From NCBI GenBank assembly GCA_051362555.1, contig CM120644.1:12050567-12114566 (forward strand): a stretch of DNA of 64,000 nt, in the 5' to 3' direction. How positions within the stretch are numbered: position 1 is the stretch's first letter; each line of letters opens with the position of its first letter. A model generated the notes under the pieces. That model was not told the DNA's origin, ran no database searches, and was given only the letters and a program-made list of their open reading frames with translations. The DNA comes from Lingula anatina (Eukaryota; Animalia; Brachiopoda). The position numbers and the translations under genes are program-made. This document shows, piece by piece, positions 36,888-50,079 of the stretch.

Positions 36888-38698
36888 TATTTGAACATCA
36901 GTGTCTTGTTGTTGGGTTACGTCACCTAAAGCAAAGAGAATAAAACTTAACTTTCAAACTCTGAAAGTCAGTCAATGGTAGACAATACATTGCTTTTGTT
37001 GATAGGAATCCCTATTTTTGACTTGTTTTTTCCTAAAAAAAAAACTTCAACTGAAATTCTTAAGTACAACTAAATATATCACTGCTTTCTTGTAAAGCTA
37101 CATGCAATCACATTAGAAAGAGTCCAAACGTAACATTACAGTCGGGGAGATTGCTTTTGCTCATTCATAACATTTTGTAAACATCCACTATTCCCTTCTT
37201 TTAAAATATATCCAATGTGCAATATCCAAGCAAAATTTTACTCTGGCATCCAATGTATGACATTTTTGTGAAAAGTATTTGTCAAATATAACTTAATTTT
37301 TTTCACTTGTCTAGCAAATTAGCCTGCCTTTAACCTTCGGTGAAGGTTTAAAGATAAATTAAGCCTGATCCCATTGTGTGCTGGTTGCAATGTTTCTGAT
37401 ATTTGTTAGAATAACTGACACTTAAAGCTAGCAGCATATATAGACTATTAACAATTTGTGACCTCTTTATCACTAATAATAAACTCTACATCTGAGATAA
37501 CAAAAGATAAGTATAGAAATAAATAAAATACTTGATGCGAACCAAACAAGCCTTTTGATCATGTATTTTGTACGTGTTTTATGATGCACAATAATCCCTG
37601 TAAACTGTCTATAAACTGTAAAGTTTAGTCCATATCCTGAGCAAAATGTTTGGCATCATATATTACACTTACATACCAGTCTTGTCGTAGGCATGGTTCT
37701 TCATAACCTCAGCTTATTTATGAATGATATAGTTCCATACCATAGTGTTAATATGTAGCTAATTAATATAAAGGCAAAATTACAGTTAAGTCCTATACTA
37801 AAGCTTTATAATCCCATCTTTAATTTGATATAGTTAAAACAACTGGATGAAAAATGAAAACTTTCGTTTTGATATAATTATGTGAGATTATTGTACTTCC
37901 AATAGATTATAATTTTGATCTTCATATTTATCATTTGCAGTAAAAAGCAAAAACTGAAAAGTTGCACAGACATGATTTACTCGAGATGCTTAACAAACAT
38001 AAAAAGCATATATTGTTCGCCACTTATACATGCTATAGATTTTCATCACTAAAATAATAAAACCAAAAGTGCACTTGTGTTCATAAATAAAATGGCAATG
38101 ATTGGCTGATGCTCTCTGACTAGATAACTCGTTCTGCTGCACATAAATAAAATTCAGTGAGAAAATAAAATCCACTGGCTCATAATCCCCCACTGATATA
38201 GAACACAACAATTCTAAATAGTTTAAGAAGACCATATCACAAAAAGACAACAACAACGTGTCTAAAACTTAAAATAAAGTACCATGATTAAGAACAGGCA
38301 GCTTGGTATCTTTCACAGTTCCCTTGATATTAAATATGAAGCACGTCTCCTAAAATTGGGTCACGTGGTAGATCTGCTAGGGCTGATCTGTAGTCTGCAA
38401 GACACGGTATCACTCTTGTTCCCAAAATGGTCTGGTCCAGAGTCTTTAGACCATTTATTCTGCAAGTTCGTCATGCAGGGTGCACAGCATGTACTCATGC
38501 AATCAACTGTTGACTAGTTGCAATCAATGCCTCCAACTGCATGGAAGGATCCATTGTAAGTGGTCGTGTATTGGTTGCTATGAGGTGAGCATAGTAGTAC
38601 CAGACAGTTGTGGGACAACAGTGAAACGGACTCTATCCTAATAACGGCTGGCAGAGTAAACTTGTTTGTAGATTCAGAGGTGAAAAGGCGGGATGTCA

Positions 38699-41600
38699 TT
38701 ACTGGGGCAGGGCCTTCAAGATGGCGTGCACTTCCTCTGCGACAGCTGCCAAAACAAACTCAAACTGCTCCTGTGAAAGGTGAAATGAAAGAGTAATTTT
38801 TTTTTTTTTAATTTACATATAACATTTGTTTTTTTCAAAGAATACAAATATCAATCAACAGCAAAACTACAGTGTACAAAAATTATTTAAATATAGATCT
38901 TTATACTAAGTCTTTTGGATTTAAAATTTCTGTCAAAAGATGGTAACGTTGACTGCTTCCCATGAAGATCAGCTGTCAACTATATCATGTGCTGCATATA
39001 ACTGATAGGCATTTTAAGTCCAGTAATAGCTAAAATAAAATTATCACAACTGAACATCTTGTAATCTCATTAACTTAGTTTGATAGTAAATTAAGATATA
39101 TTCTTAAGATACAAACCATACTTTCAGTTCTTAACTGCTGACAGTTCACCAAACCACTAAGGAACTTAATGATAACTGATACAGTGAATTTGTATCAAGT
39201 CTGTTGCAGTTATGCCATATTCCCTTCAATTTTAGATTTTTTTTTCTAAATAGGTGGACCTTTTTCCCCAACAGTTGATCCAACATGATAAATATATAAC
39301 ATAGATCCCTTTTAATTTTTCTTAAGAGTGAACCATTTTTGTCAAAAGGACGATTCTTATAAAAGCCCTGAACCTCCCCAGTGTAAAGGCCTGCTATGCA
39401 TGGTTAGGTGAAACTGTCATGTTGATATGAGACAATAACCTTGGTCTTGACTGTCCCCATTCTCTGGTCACGCACGTGTTCCAACGTGGCAGCAATATCA
39501 ATTTCTTTAGCTCCTAAATTGAAAAACAAATTACAATTCTTTACATCACGTATACTGATTGCACATATGCCACCATGAAACATTATTATAACTTCAGTAG
39601 TTTGTCATGTTTTAAATTCCTTTTCTGATATAAATTCAACAAAATTCATTATAGAAGATGCACCTCTGGGAGATTTCAGATTAGGTTCCATAAAAATTGA
39701 TAAAAAAAAAATGTCAAACACAACTGATGACAATTTATAAAATATTAAATAAACACCAAATTTTGCTACCTTTTGCCATTCTGTTCAGCACCATGTCCAC
39801 CAAGCAGTAGGTTCCAGTTCTTCCAGAGCCATCACTGCAATCACAACCAAAAACACAATCAGCGCTGCACACCAATCTCAACTACCACAATATTCAAAAA
39901 TTGGCCCTACTGCTCAAAACACAATCCAAGAATTTCTAGAAACACTGACTTGCCCTATATATTGGACAGAAAATGTATTTCTAAATGGCCATATTGAGGA
40001 ATACAAGCTCAACTCCCCACAACTTCATTTAGCACAAAAGAAGAGAGAAACAATAAGTGGGAGTGTATAATTAAATAAAAGCATTTATTTCATTTACAGT
40101 TTATTAATGTGTTACCTGCAGTGAACAGTTATTGGGCAAGATCTTCCTCTATAAGATTTGTTCACCTTTCTGAAACAAATCAAGTTGAAAGCATATTTAG
40201 GAACTGCAATTCCAAAAACAAGCAAAACAAAAAGCCTGCACAAAATATTCTAGGAATAAATGACAATGTTGATGATAACCATATACTGCCAGAAAGGGTA
40301 TTTAGCAACAATGAATGTGACCAAATGTAAAATGCAAGAAAGTTATTAATTTTACATATTTCCTTCCATTTATCACTGCATTTAAAAAGTCAAAGCCCTT
40401 GCTGAGACAATCCAGATGTTGTATCCTCCTCACAAAGACCTCTATAGGTAGCTGTGTCACTGACCTATGACTTGACCAGTACAAGAAACTAGTCAAAGTC
40501 GGGTCCCTTATGCCAGATGGTCTACTTAAGTTATATTCCATGCCAATAACATGTTATTGTCATATTAACATTAGCAACCAATGTAAGTCCTCATAATGTT
40601 GTAATGGGCCCAAAGGCATTAATTTGTAACTAATATTAATTGGGATATATAAATCAATTGATTCATCTGGATGCTTCATTATAAATTTATGTAACCAATC
40701 ATTATGACAGTGGATAGTGATACATCTATCTGAAGCAGTTGTTATCCTGAAGAAGTGGACTTTAATTTCAGTTGTCAGATCGAAGACTATATTTTCAATG
40801 ATAATGTTGCATTGTTCCAACAATAGCTTAACCTAGGGGTGGTAACAGCATGCAGTCATACATCAGAGACAGTGTGAGCAATGGTGTAGAAAATATTTAT
40901 AAAACAAACAGTTACAGGAACATGAGCACTCAAATTGTAAAGTGAACTACTGGTACCTATACTAAAACAATATCTTTATTCATAAGCAGTAACAGTAGCA
41001 TTAATGCAATAGCAGCAGTGGCATTAGAATACATCATACCACTAGCTTTCATGTACAAGATATCTACAAAACATATTATAGAACTTAGAACTAGATTAGA
41101 TCTAGATAAGGCCCTGTTTGAATAATTTGCCAGTATTAGCAGTGATAAAGCGTTCTAATTAATAGTGACTGTTTTGAATCAGTTGACCGACTTCATGACC
41201 CAGCAGCAGTAACAGTAGATGTATTGTAGCATTCTAAGAGTTAGTGACCGTGATGAACCTATCTACCAATATCTTCACCCAGCAGCAGTTACAGTAGCAG
41301 TAATGCAGCAGCAGCAGCAGCAGCAGTGATAATGTTAGTAGCAAGCTCCAAGGCTCCTGATCACTTTTGTGACTATGCAATTTGTCATGCAAACAATTGC
41401 TAAATCACAAAAGCCGCCAGGCAACCTGGCATAATTGAAGTAGAAGTAGTAGTAGTAGTAGTAGTAGCGTGCAAGGTTAATCCAGGGTCTATGGCAATCA
41501 CCCAAGGTCGAGGTCAGAATTAGGTCAGAATTTAAGATGTTGTTAATTAATCTAAAAATCATTAGATGATCGATCAACCCAGTATTTAGATCGCTTAAGG

Positions 41601-44600
41601 CTATTGCTATACCAAGCTATGGAAGAAGCACCCACATATATTACATACGTGTATTAGTTCATTGAACTTTAGATTATGCATTAAAAACAAATCCAAAGTC
41701 ACCCAGGTCAAAGATTAAGGTCACTAAAGGTAAAGGCCAAATCAATCTTAAACAGGAAATCATGATAGGTGAGTTGATACATGAGCTGATTATCCTAAAG
41801 ATTGTGCAAATAAGCCTCTTGCCATTCAGTAAAGCACCTAAAGGTTAGATGTATATAGTAGGTCCCAAGAATTTTCATTTCATGCAGTTAATTTGTCAAA
41901 TCGGGGTAAGGTTATCATCGTGCCATGCTGTTTTCTTCCGCAATTTAAATTGGTGTTCCATGATGATATGGTTTTCCATTTCCTATTTCCCCTACCATGC
42001 AAGCCTGATCAACCACGATGCATCCCATGCCCTGTCACTAATGATTTATCTTCATACATCAACGGAAAAAAAATTCAATTTTTACGAAGATGAGGGTACA
42101 AAAGCTGAATTAGTTTTCTTTTTAATCAGCAGATAACTGACAAGAAATTAATCATCACTATAATATCTGAACCACATATCTTCAATATCCTCTACAACAG
42201 AATATCACTCATTTCACTATGATATGTACAGTACTATTCAATTAAAAATTACAGGTTTTCATCGTGTCCTATTGCCTAACACTGTTAAATCTTAAAGGGG
42301 TTCCTTGCTTGATCTTACTTGTGCTGACACCTTGCATACTGCTTCAGATTTCGCTTTTTTTTAGCCAAACCCTTCTCCTTCCAAATTAATGGTGTTAGGA
42401 AAAATGGCGTGTTTTGGACAAAAAATGAAATAAAATACACAAGTGTTTTAGCTAATGAAAAAACCACATGTATTGCATGCTGGCATACCATATGAGATCA
42501 GGTTTATCAGTGACGTGAGGAAAAAATTCATATGCAAAATGACAAGAGAGACAGTTTCTAAAACATCCCCCCTGTTGTGTTGTGAAATCCAAATTAATAT
42601 ATGGACCAATTCAAATTGAAAGATTAACAACTTAACAGCTTGACTACTAGGTAAGAAGGTCACCTAATCCAATTAAGCCCTCTTGGCTAACACAGCCACC
42701 TATTTAGAATAACTAAACAGCAGAACTTGTGAAAGGAGTAAAAGCCCCTGTAGCGTAATAACATGTTAGAACCTCCCCAGGTGTCTAGGTGGACCGGTCC
42801 AATTAAAAGGACCAGGCGATGAAAAGGTCCTTCCAGGTTTCCTGCATGCATGGTTGTGACTTCATATTACTAACCACTTTCTCGGCCTGAATGAACCCCA
42901 CTGACTGCAGATATTAAGGGAACTGCACATAAATCAATCACTATCTTCATTTTCTTTCATTTTTTTTTTATTTCACAATTCTCTTCCTCTTTTCTACCTC
43001 TTTTTCTCTTTAACTGGAGCCCTCCCTTCTCTCTCACCCACTTTCTTTCTCTGGAGGTCAATTAGCATGACTGCCTCACACTCTTATCGGTCTTTCGACT
43101 ACCTGTCTATTCAAATACAATCCATTAGCCAGGAAATTACACTATTCCCTTTAGAAGCTAACAAATCTTGTCCAGGAAATTGTGCGATTCCCTTAGCAGT
43201 GATGGTTATTTTGATCAGAGTATGTCAGAATATCAGGTTTAGATAGAGGGACTGGAAGGCACAGACGTGCATTGTTGGAAAATCGCAGGGAAATCCCCCC
43301 CTCCAAAAGTCTTTTATTTATATTATATCATCATAATGATCTTTGTATATTTATCTATTTTTCATTCTATTTATGTATTATCTTTTTTTATTACTATTAT
43401 AATTTTTTTTTTTTTTTTTTTTTTTTTTGCAAATTAATTACTGGCATGAATTAGAACAGCTTTTCAAGCAAATGCTCAAATCCATCTAAAAAATAGAAAA
43501 ACACTGACCGTCTAAAGTCAAGGAGAGATTTCACAGATGAAGGGACCTCGAGGTCGGGCCATGACAGAAAGTGAAACTGGGTCACAGTCCTGGTCTCGCC
43601 CGTCTGGAGATTCTTAAGGTAGAAGCTGCGCACCAGAAAATCCTCACACCAGATGTGTTCCGATACCAGATGGACCTTTAAAATTTGAAGTAGGATTATG
43701 TACATGTAGGATGCTATATATATGCATGCATGCCTGCACGTGTACACACATACGCATGCATGCACACACACAGTTCCAATACTAGTTGGTTGTAAGTATA
43801 AACCATACCAATTCTTGATCTAATTCAATTCAGCTGGATTTAAGTTGAAAAAGTTTTTATTGCATGTTTACTGTCATAGCAGTTCACTAAGATAATGTTC
43901 CATGCACCGCTACCACTCATCATTTTCCCTGTTAAAACTCGGAATACATCCAAGTTCCAATCCATCATTATCCTCACTTCTCCACTTCAGTTAACCAATC
44001 ACAACTGTTCTATGTACTACCACAGTTTCAACTTAACTTAACCAATCAGTGGTCCTGTTACAACCAAAATGTGGTCAGTACCCATATCTTACCTCATAGA
44101 TGTGATAGAGGTCACTTCCCTCCTCTGGCCAGTAGCGATGACACATGGCTACTCCATTCTCAGTCAGCTTGGTCAACATCACTATGACCACACTGCCTTG
44201 CTCCCACACCAGCTGAGAGAAAACAAAAATGGGAAATTTAAGTTTACAGATCATAATGATTAGAAATGAGAGACAACTTGGGTATATATCACTTTGTAAT
44301 GTTTACGGAATTGAAACTTTCACTTTCAAATCTTTGTTCTTGAAAATCAAAATCAAGCCCTTATGTGATAAATTCATTGTTTTAATACGTATTCTCAAAT
44401 AAACTGCAGAGCATTATAATTCAACATTTTTTTTAGAATACTTAAGAAAAACAGGATAATACATTGTACGTCACAAAATTACTTACCTGCCAGAAGTCGG
44501 CAACAGTGTGTGGTAGAGGACCTTGCGTTGCAATATAAGCAGGATTCCTGGGGTCGTGATCAGTCTGAAATAAATGATATTGAAAACATAAAAGCATTTT

Positions 44601-45988
44601 GCCTAAAGTTGTGCTACAGAAAATGAAACAAAATTGCATGATTGCTCTTTGCTAATTTGCAAAACCTTTGATGAAAAATAATCATCTGACTACAAATCAA
44701 AATTAACGACTGCTAGTGACAAAATTTTCAGCAGATGCAGAACAATTGACATATGGTTAAAATCAGTTTCGGTTTACCTTTCCTATCTTTTCTAGAAAAA
44801 AATCCCTCTAACCGAGTATTTGTTAACTCCTTTTCCTTCCAAACCATCCTTCAACTTTTGCTCCATATTTCAGCATCTTTAGTAGTTATTGTTCTTAAGC
44901 TTAACACATTTTCTGCTTTCGGTCCGTTCTAGACAAATGTCTATTACAGACTGGTTTTCAAGCTGCTCATTATACTGGAGAAACTTCTCTAAATCACTTC
45001 TTTTTAAAACTAACCTAAATAAGCAAGTTCTGCGAAAATTTGCTCTTCATCTAACCAGATTTCTCACTTTATGCCAGATCAAGAAAAATCATTCATCATT
45101 TAATCCAACTTCATTACAGTAAGTTTTTTTCAAGCTAGACATGTTTCTAGACAAACTCTATTTCATCGCTTCAATTTATAACAAATTCAGGTTGGCGTGA
45201 GCAAGAATAAACAGAATTGCACTTTCATGTCACATACAAAATTGCGTGATTGTTTTATCAAGGAAATATTTTTTCTATAATACAAACGAATTACAGTAAT
45301 TTTTCTGCACAATTTCAAATGAAATGAAACAAAAAATGACCCCTGGTTGCTCTTTACTGATTCAAGAGCTATCATGTATCTCCATTTTTGGTCACATACA
45401 AAATTATGAGATCGTGACTGTTTAATCAAGGAATTTTTTTTATGTAAAGTAAACATATTACATTTTTTTCTGCACAATTTCAAATGAAATGAAACAAAAA
45501 ACGACCCCTGGTTGTTCTTTAAAGATTCAAGAGGCATCATTTATCTCCAATCTGCATGTCACATAACAGTTGTCACGATTGCAGATGTCAGTAAAAACAG
45601 TATGTCCTATGCATATTAGAAATATGTCAATTCCAATTTTATCTTGTACAGAAAATGTGGCAGGGAAAACAGACAAAGGACTGGAAAAAGGATTGCAACA
45701 TCACAAGTAGAGCCTAAATGAATACTTATGAACCTCATTTCTTGGAGAAGAAGGCCTGATTTATGGTAGGGACACTGCAAGTGCTAAAATTCCAATGTAA
45801 TCATTTAATTGCAATAAAGTGATAGAACTCATAGAATATCCCTTGGTAGCAATAACCTGAGCCAGTTTTGTGGTACATATTAATAAAATATGGTAAATAA
45901 GATACACATGATAATATGTGTTGTGTAATTGTGAACTGTAATGTCTTGCTTGAAGAACCTAGCCTAGATGGCACTTACATATGGCATG

Positions 45989-46035
<47 letters not shown>

Positions 46036-49000
46036 CTAAATAAGTATTTCATTTTATATATAGTTTAATATAATATTATATTTAAAATATTGCAACCAAA
46101 ACATTGAAGTTGTACAGATGATGAGTTTGAATAAAAATTTTAAAATAAAATAGTAACATAAAGAATTTACATTAAAGATCATATTGATTCAGAAATCAAA
46201 ATAAAACACAGACCTCTAAGAGTAAGATCAAGCATAAGATATACAAGGGTTTGAGAAACGTTTGGTCTTAAATCTTGCTACATTGAAATTAGACTGGTTA
46301 TGTAGAAGTAAAATTTGGGGGGGGAAAAAGCAATATATCTCTATACTTACAATAGTGCTGGCATTGATATAGTCACCTCCAGACACATTGGTGGAATCGT
46401 TAAGAACCACCCTGGAATGATCGTCTGAAAATGAAACAAAAACAAAATAGTGCAAAGCATCTGGCCAAACAATGTGATGATGAAAACAATAAAGGCTGTA
46501 TATCCTAAAACATATCATTATAACACCTAATTAGAGTTCTTTATTTTTATTTTTTCATCTCTGTATCAATCAATCATACATGACAAACATATTGATTACC
46601 CACTGTTGGCAAAGGTGAGGGTTTTTTTACCTGTTGAAGTACCAAGAAGCATTTTTCAACAGACACAACTGAAAGCAGTGCCTTTTGCATAATTAAGTGC
46701 AATAGCTATTGGAATATTCACACAGTACCATGCAAAAACCCATGATAAAAAATTACTGGTAACGACAGAATTTTGATCAAACCAGCTGCTACTAAATACC
46801 CCAATGTGGGTTATTCATTCACCTCATTAATATTATACAAAAGCTAGTTCAGAGCTTTTAATCTGCGAATCCCACTTGATTTCCTTACAAACTATTAAAC
46901 AATTTCTTAAACATCTAGGACACTTTTTAAACACAAAAAACAAACAAACAAACAAACAAACCGCCCCCCCCCCCCCCCCCAAAAGAAAAAAAAAAAACAC
47001 TGTACACTTACATGGGAGAATGTCACAATATCTGTTCTTGCGCGTATTATTGGGGAGATTGGCCGCCTCCGTAGTGTTGGGTTCTGCCTCATAAGCGCAC
47101 AAGGCCTCCCACTCACGGTCGAGGCGGTCTTTGTTCTTTAAGTGGTCTTCCATGTAGGACTGAAGATGGGGAAAAAAGATTGAATTACCAAATGAAAAAA
47201 TAAGCTGTTTATAGTACATTGGTCGTACAGATCGATGCAGTCTAAGGACCCATTCCCAATGGTTCACACGCCTCCACTTGTTTCCAATGTATACATACTT
47301 GTATAATCACCAGCTTTTTTGTAACCTACTCAAAACTACCAGGAGGGAGCCTATTAATCTCTTAATCTGATTGCATTCAGCAAGAGTCCCCACAGAGTGA
47401 CTGATAGTTTCATTGTTAATGAGCGCTAAGTTAACAGAAGCTGTATGTTAGAGACTTTACAAGGGCGGATCCAGAGATATTTTGTGACAGGCTTCCAAAT
47501 TATCTTTATTGATCCACCCTCCACTTATTACCGTATTCCGACAGAAATAAATTTATACCCGTCAACGTAAACATGAAAATCTGACCGTCTTCTGGAAGAC
47601 CCAGAAGACGGCCTAAATCTGCCCCTGCTTTAGTATCAGAGGCAGAGGGGTTTCCTTGCAGTATCTGGCATTTCACACTGTATACCCAATGTGGCTTGCA
47701 TATTTTAATCCTATTTATTAGTATCAAAACTGATTAAAGGATTTGCTTCATACCGTCAGAATGGCCTGAACGGAACATATTCTTCAGAAAACATGCCCAA
47801 CTAACGATATCTTTATCCAAATACACAAATTAAAAGCTCATTTTGTAAATTTTTGGCTTTAAAAAACGTCCTTTTTGTTCGGCCTGGGAGTTAATGAGCT
47901 ACGTGGTCACGTGGTCCGATGACGACAATCGAGCCACTGGAGAACAGAGCGTGCTTAGCTGTCAAACTGAGCTGCATTGTCTACCTGTAAAATGACTTCT
48001 CTGGCTTCTGATAAAAGTTAATACTCATTCAAATCTCTTACCCGAGGGATCTAAATCCTCATGAAGCTGTGTAAAACCATTCCCGTCTAGTCAATTCTTT
48101 AACGAGCATTTAATTATGGTTATCCCAAGTTGTATAAAATACTGCATTTGAATGAGTAAAGGGTACTGTGGATTATTGCATATGAGGGCCATGTTATTTG
48201 TGAAATTCAATTAATTTTATTAAACCGCTGACACTCCGTCTTGGATACTTTTCTTAAACTGAGGTAAACGATGCCCGTTACCTTTACAAGTCCCATCTTA
48301 ATCATCCATCTAACTGGAACTTCCTTTACCTCTTAATTAGAGGGTTAAATGGCTGGCGATATTTATCTCAGATAAAAATCTACCTGTGCTTTAGTTTCAA
48401 AGAGCAGCTCCCGCAGACCTGGGGGTACTAGATAAAATCTGAACACCGGGTTTATTGAGGAGCTAGAGAAACAAAGGAAGAATTTTTCCTGCACAGCTTC
48501 ATAGGAATTTTAGCACGGACTTGATCCAGCTTAGACCTTCTAATTAACAGAGTGACATGGGCAATTTTCAAATACAAAATAAACAAATAATAAAACTATA
48601 TTTCAGTTAGCCTCCTCTTAAATAAATATACCGTTCTGGATAAATTAGAACATTTATTAAATCGACAGAAAATTTTTGACTTAAATGATGATTTTATTAT
48701 TAATGGAAATTAAGCTACTATATGGGGCACATTTGCTGAGATTACGCTGTTCTTGATGTTTTGCGTTAGTCTACATTTTGTTGTGCGTGCTTGGAATTTT
48801 TTAATTTTTTATACTCACGTATGTAAAACTGCACATTTAGTAAACATTCAAGTAATGATTTTTCCCATGCAACTTATAGCAAACAATGCTCTTTTACCTT
48901 GATCTGCTACATGTTTTTGGGTTTGACAAAGCATACAAATTTGCAAAAAGTTTTGTGTACAGACGCAGAACTTGTATTTCAAGGTATAAAATGATAAATC

Positions 49001-50079
49001 TTTTAAATTATTTTATACTTCAGATGAAATAACATTCAGAAACAAATCCTCAAAGCATAAACGAATTAGGATTACGAACCATTTCAGTACATAAGTTCCT
49101 ATTTTTTTCTTTAATATACCGCTCTTTTTTTCTGTTTGTTCTTCAACACGTTTTCTTCCACGGAAGTAATGCCTGGGCATACGCATGCTTCAAGTTACCC
49201 TGAGAGCAATTATTTTTATTAATGTTCGCGACGGTGTTTGAACTCAATTGTTTAAATATTGATATTAAACGTCATTTACAAATACCAATAAAATCACCCC
49301 ATGAAATAAATGAGATATTTTGAAAAATATGAAAGCCCACCAAGACGATTTTGATACCTCTTATTACCTGGGTTGGGAAGTGCAGCGGTGCATAATTAAC
49401 AGGTTTGTTGTAAACGAGCTTTTGGTCAACTACAATGCATTTAGAATGCATCAGCAATCAGTAAGTTTGCCAACTGATGACAGTTAATCTGAAAGACTAC
49501 CAGCTCTTGATATGATCTAAACCACCTGAGGTGACCATGATCTAGAGCATCGCAACTATTGTCACCGAAGTTAGTAAGTCACGGAAGACCGTCACAGACA
49601 AAGAAAGATTGTCAACGAGAGCTGCAATTTTGGTGAATCCCACGGCAACACACCGAGGCATAACGAAAATTCCTCAACTCCGTTCAACACAACTTTCCTT
49701 AACTTCTCCATCTGTATGTACCATGCAGCTCAGTTGAGTCTCATAGACCTTTATCGTGATTGTCGTCACAGTACCACGTGACCCAGATCTGTTGCTTCGT
49801 TTATGCATATTGAGGTGAGGTTTACTAAAACGCTTTTTTACTATTAATAGATTGTTTTTATAATTTTTAAATGGCGGGGATCGATTAAAACATACCTCTA
49901 GTGTATAGATTGAGTGCTGAATCTTCAAAATTCGAGAAATGGATTTTTACATGAAGATTGTCCTTTAAACTTGGAACCTGTATGAATGGAACTGCCAAGA
50001 GAGAGAGAGAGAGAGATTACTTACCAGTACCACGTGTCCTGTAGAGATATCCATATTGGAGCTGACAGGTTCCTCGCTC
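38699..50079 (-). CDS. PTPRN: Receptor-type tyrosine-protein phosphatase N/N2 (IA-2/phogrin), cytoplasmic PTP-like domain exons (5' part lies outside the window)
   Basis: Minus-strand exons 50079-50025, 47159-47012, 46424-46351, 44564-44487, 44212-44093, 43675-43509, 40169-40116, 39834-39770, 39513-39440, 38770-38699, all phase-consistent. Peptides [88 protein letters not shown] and [15 protein letters not shown] are diagnostic of the IA-2 family. Confidence 0.95.
41200..41466. repeat. (CAG)n and (TAG)n microsatellites flanking miR-153
   Basis: gcagcagcag run at about 41306-41326, tagtagtag run at about 41447-41466, and recurrent agcagt(a/t)acagtag units. Confidence 0.75.
41355..41420 (-). 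ncRNA. mir-153: pre-miR-153 hairpin (mature 3p at 41380-41359)
   Basis: The minus strand reads UUGCAUAGUCACAAAAGUGAUC, identical to mature miR-153 as I recall it, and pairs with a 5p arm GGCUUUUGUGAUUUAGCAAUU. It lies in sense orientation within a PTPRN intron. Confidence 0.95.
45225..45565. repeat. Tandem repeat, about 165-bp unit, 2+ copies
   Basis: gtcacata at about 45229, 45391 and 45558; ttttctgcacaatttcaaatgaaatgaaacaaaaa at about 45302 and 45466. Confidence 0.8.
45989..46034. repeat. Compound (GT)n(GA)n microsatellite
   Basis: Directly visible in the sequence. Confidence 0.85.
47460..47627. mobile_element. 168-bp MITE, copy 1 (CAGGGGCGGAT-type TIR, 5-bp TSD CTTTA)
   Basis: caagggcggat...atctgcccctg flanked by CTTTA on both sides; homologous to 50850-51017 in the opposite orientation. 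Confidence 0.85.
47738..49964. mobile_element. Kolobok-type DNA transposon, about 2.2 kb, degenerate/non-autonomous
   Basis: TTAA|AGGATTTGCTTCAT ... ATGAAGATTGTCCT|TTAA (AG..CT ends, TTAA TSD); CpG-richer than the host intron; minus-strand MPRCVAVG at 49661 resembles a THAP-domain N-terminus. Confidence 0.6.

Noticed and set aside
30000-38600. Short ORFs between the IGF2BP and PTPRN stop codons
   Set aside because: Low-complexity, AT-biased translations with no splice-consistent structure; interpreted as 3' UTR.
49272-49457. ORF with ISFISWG loosely resembling a DDE_Tnp_4 transposase segment
   Set aside because: Resemblance too weak by eye and no catalytic motifs in frame; needs an HMM search.
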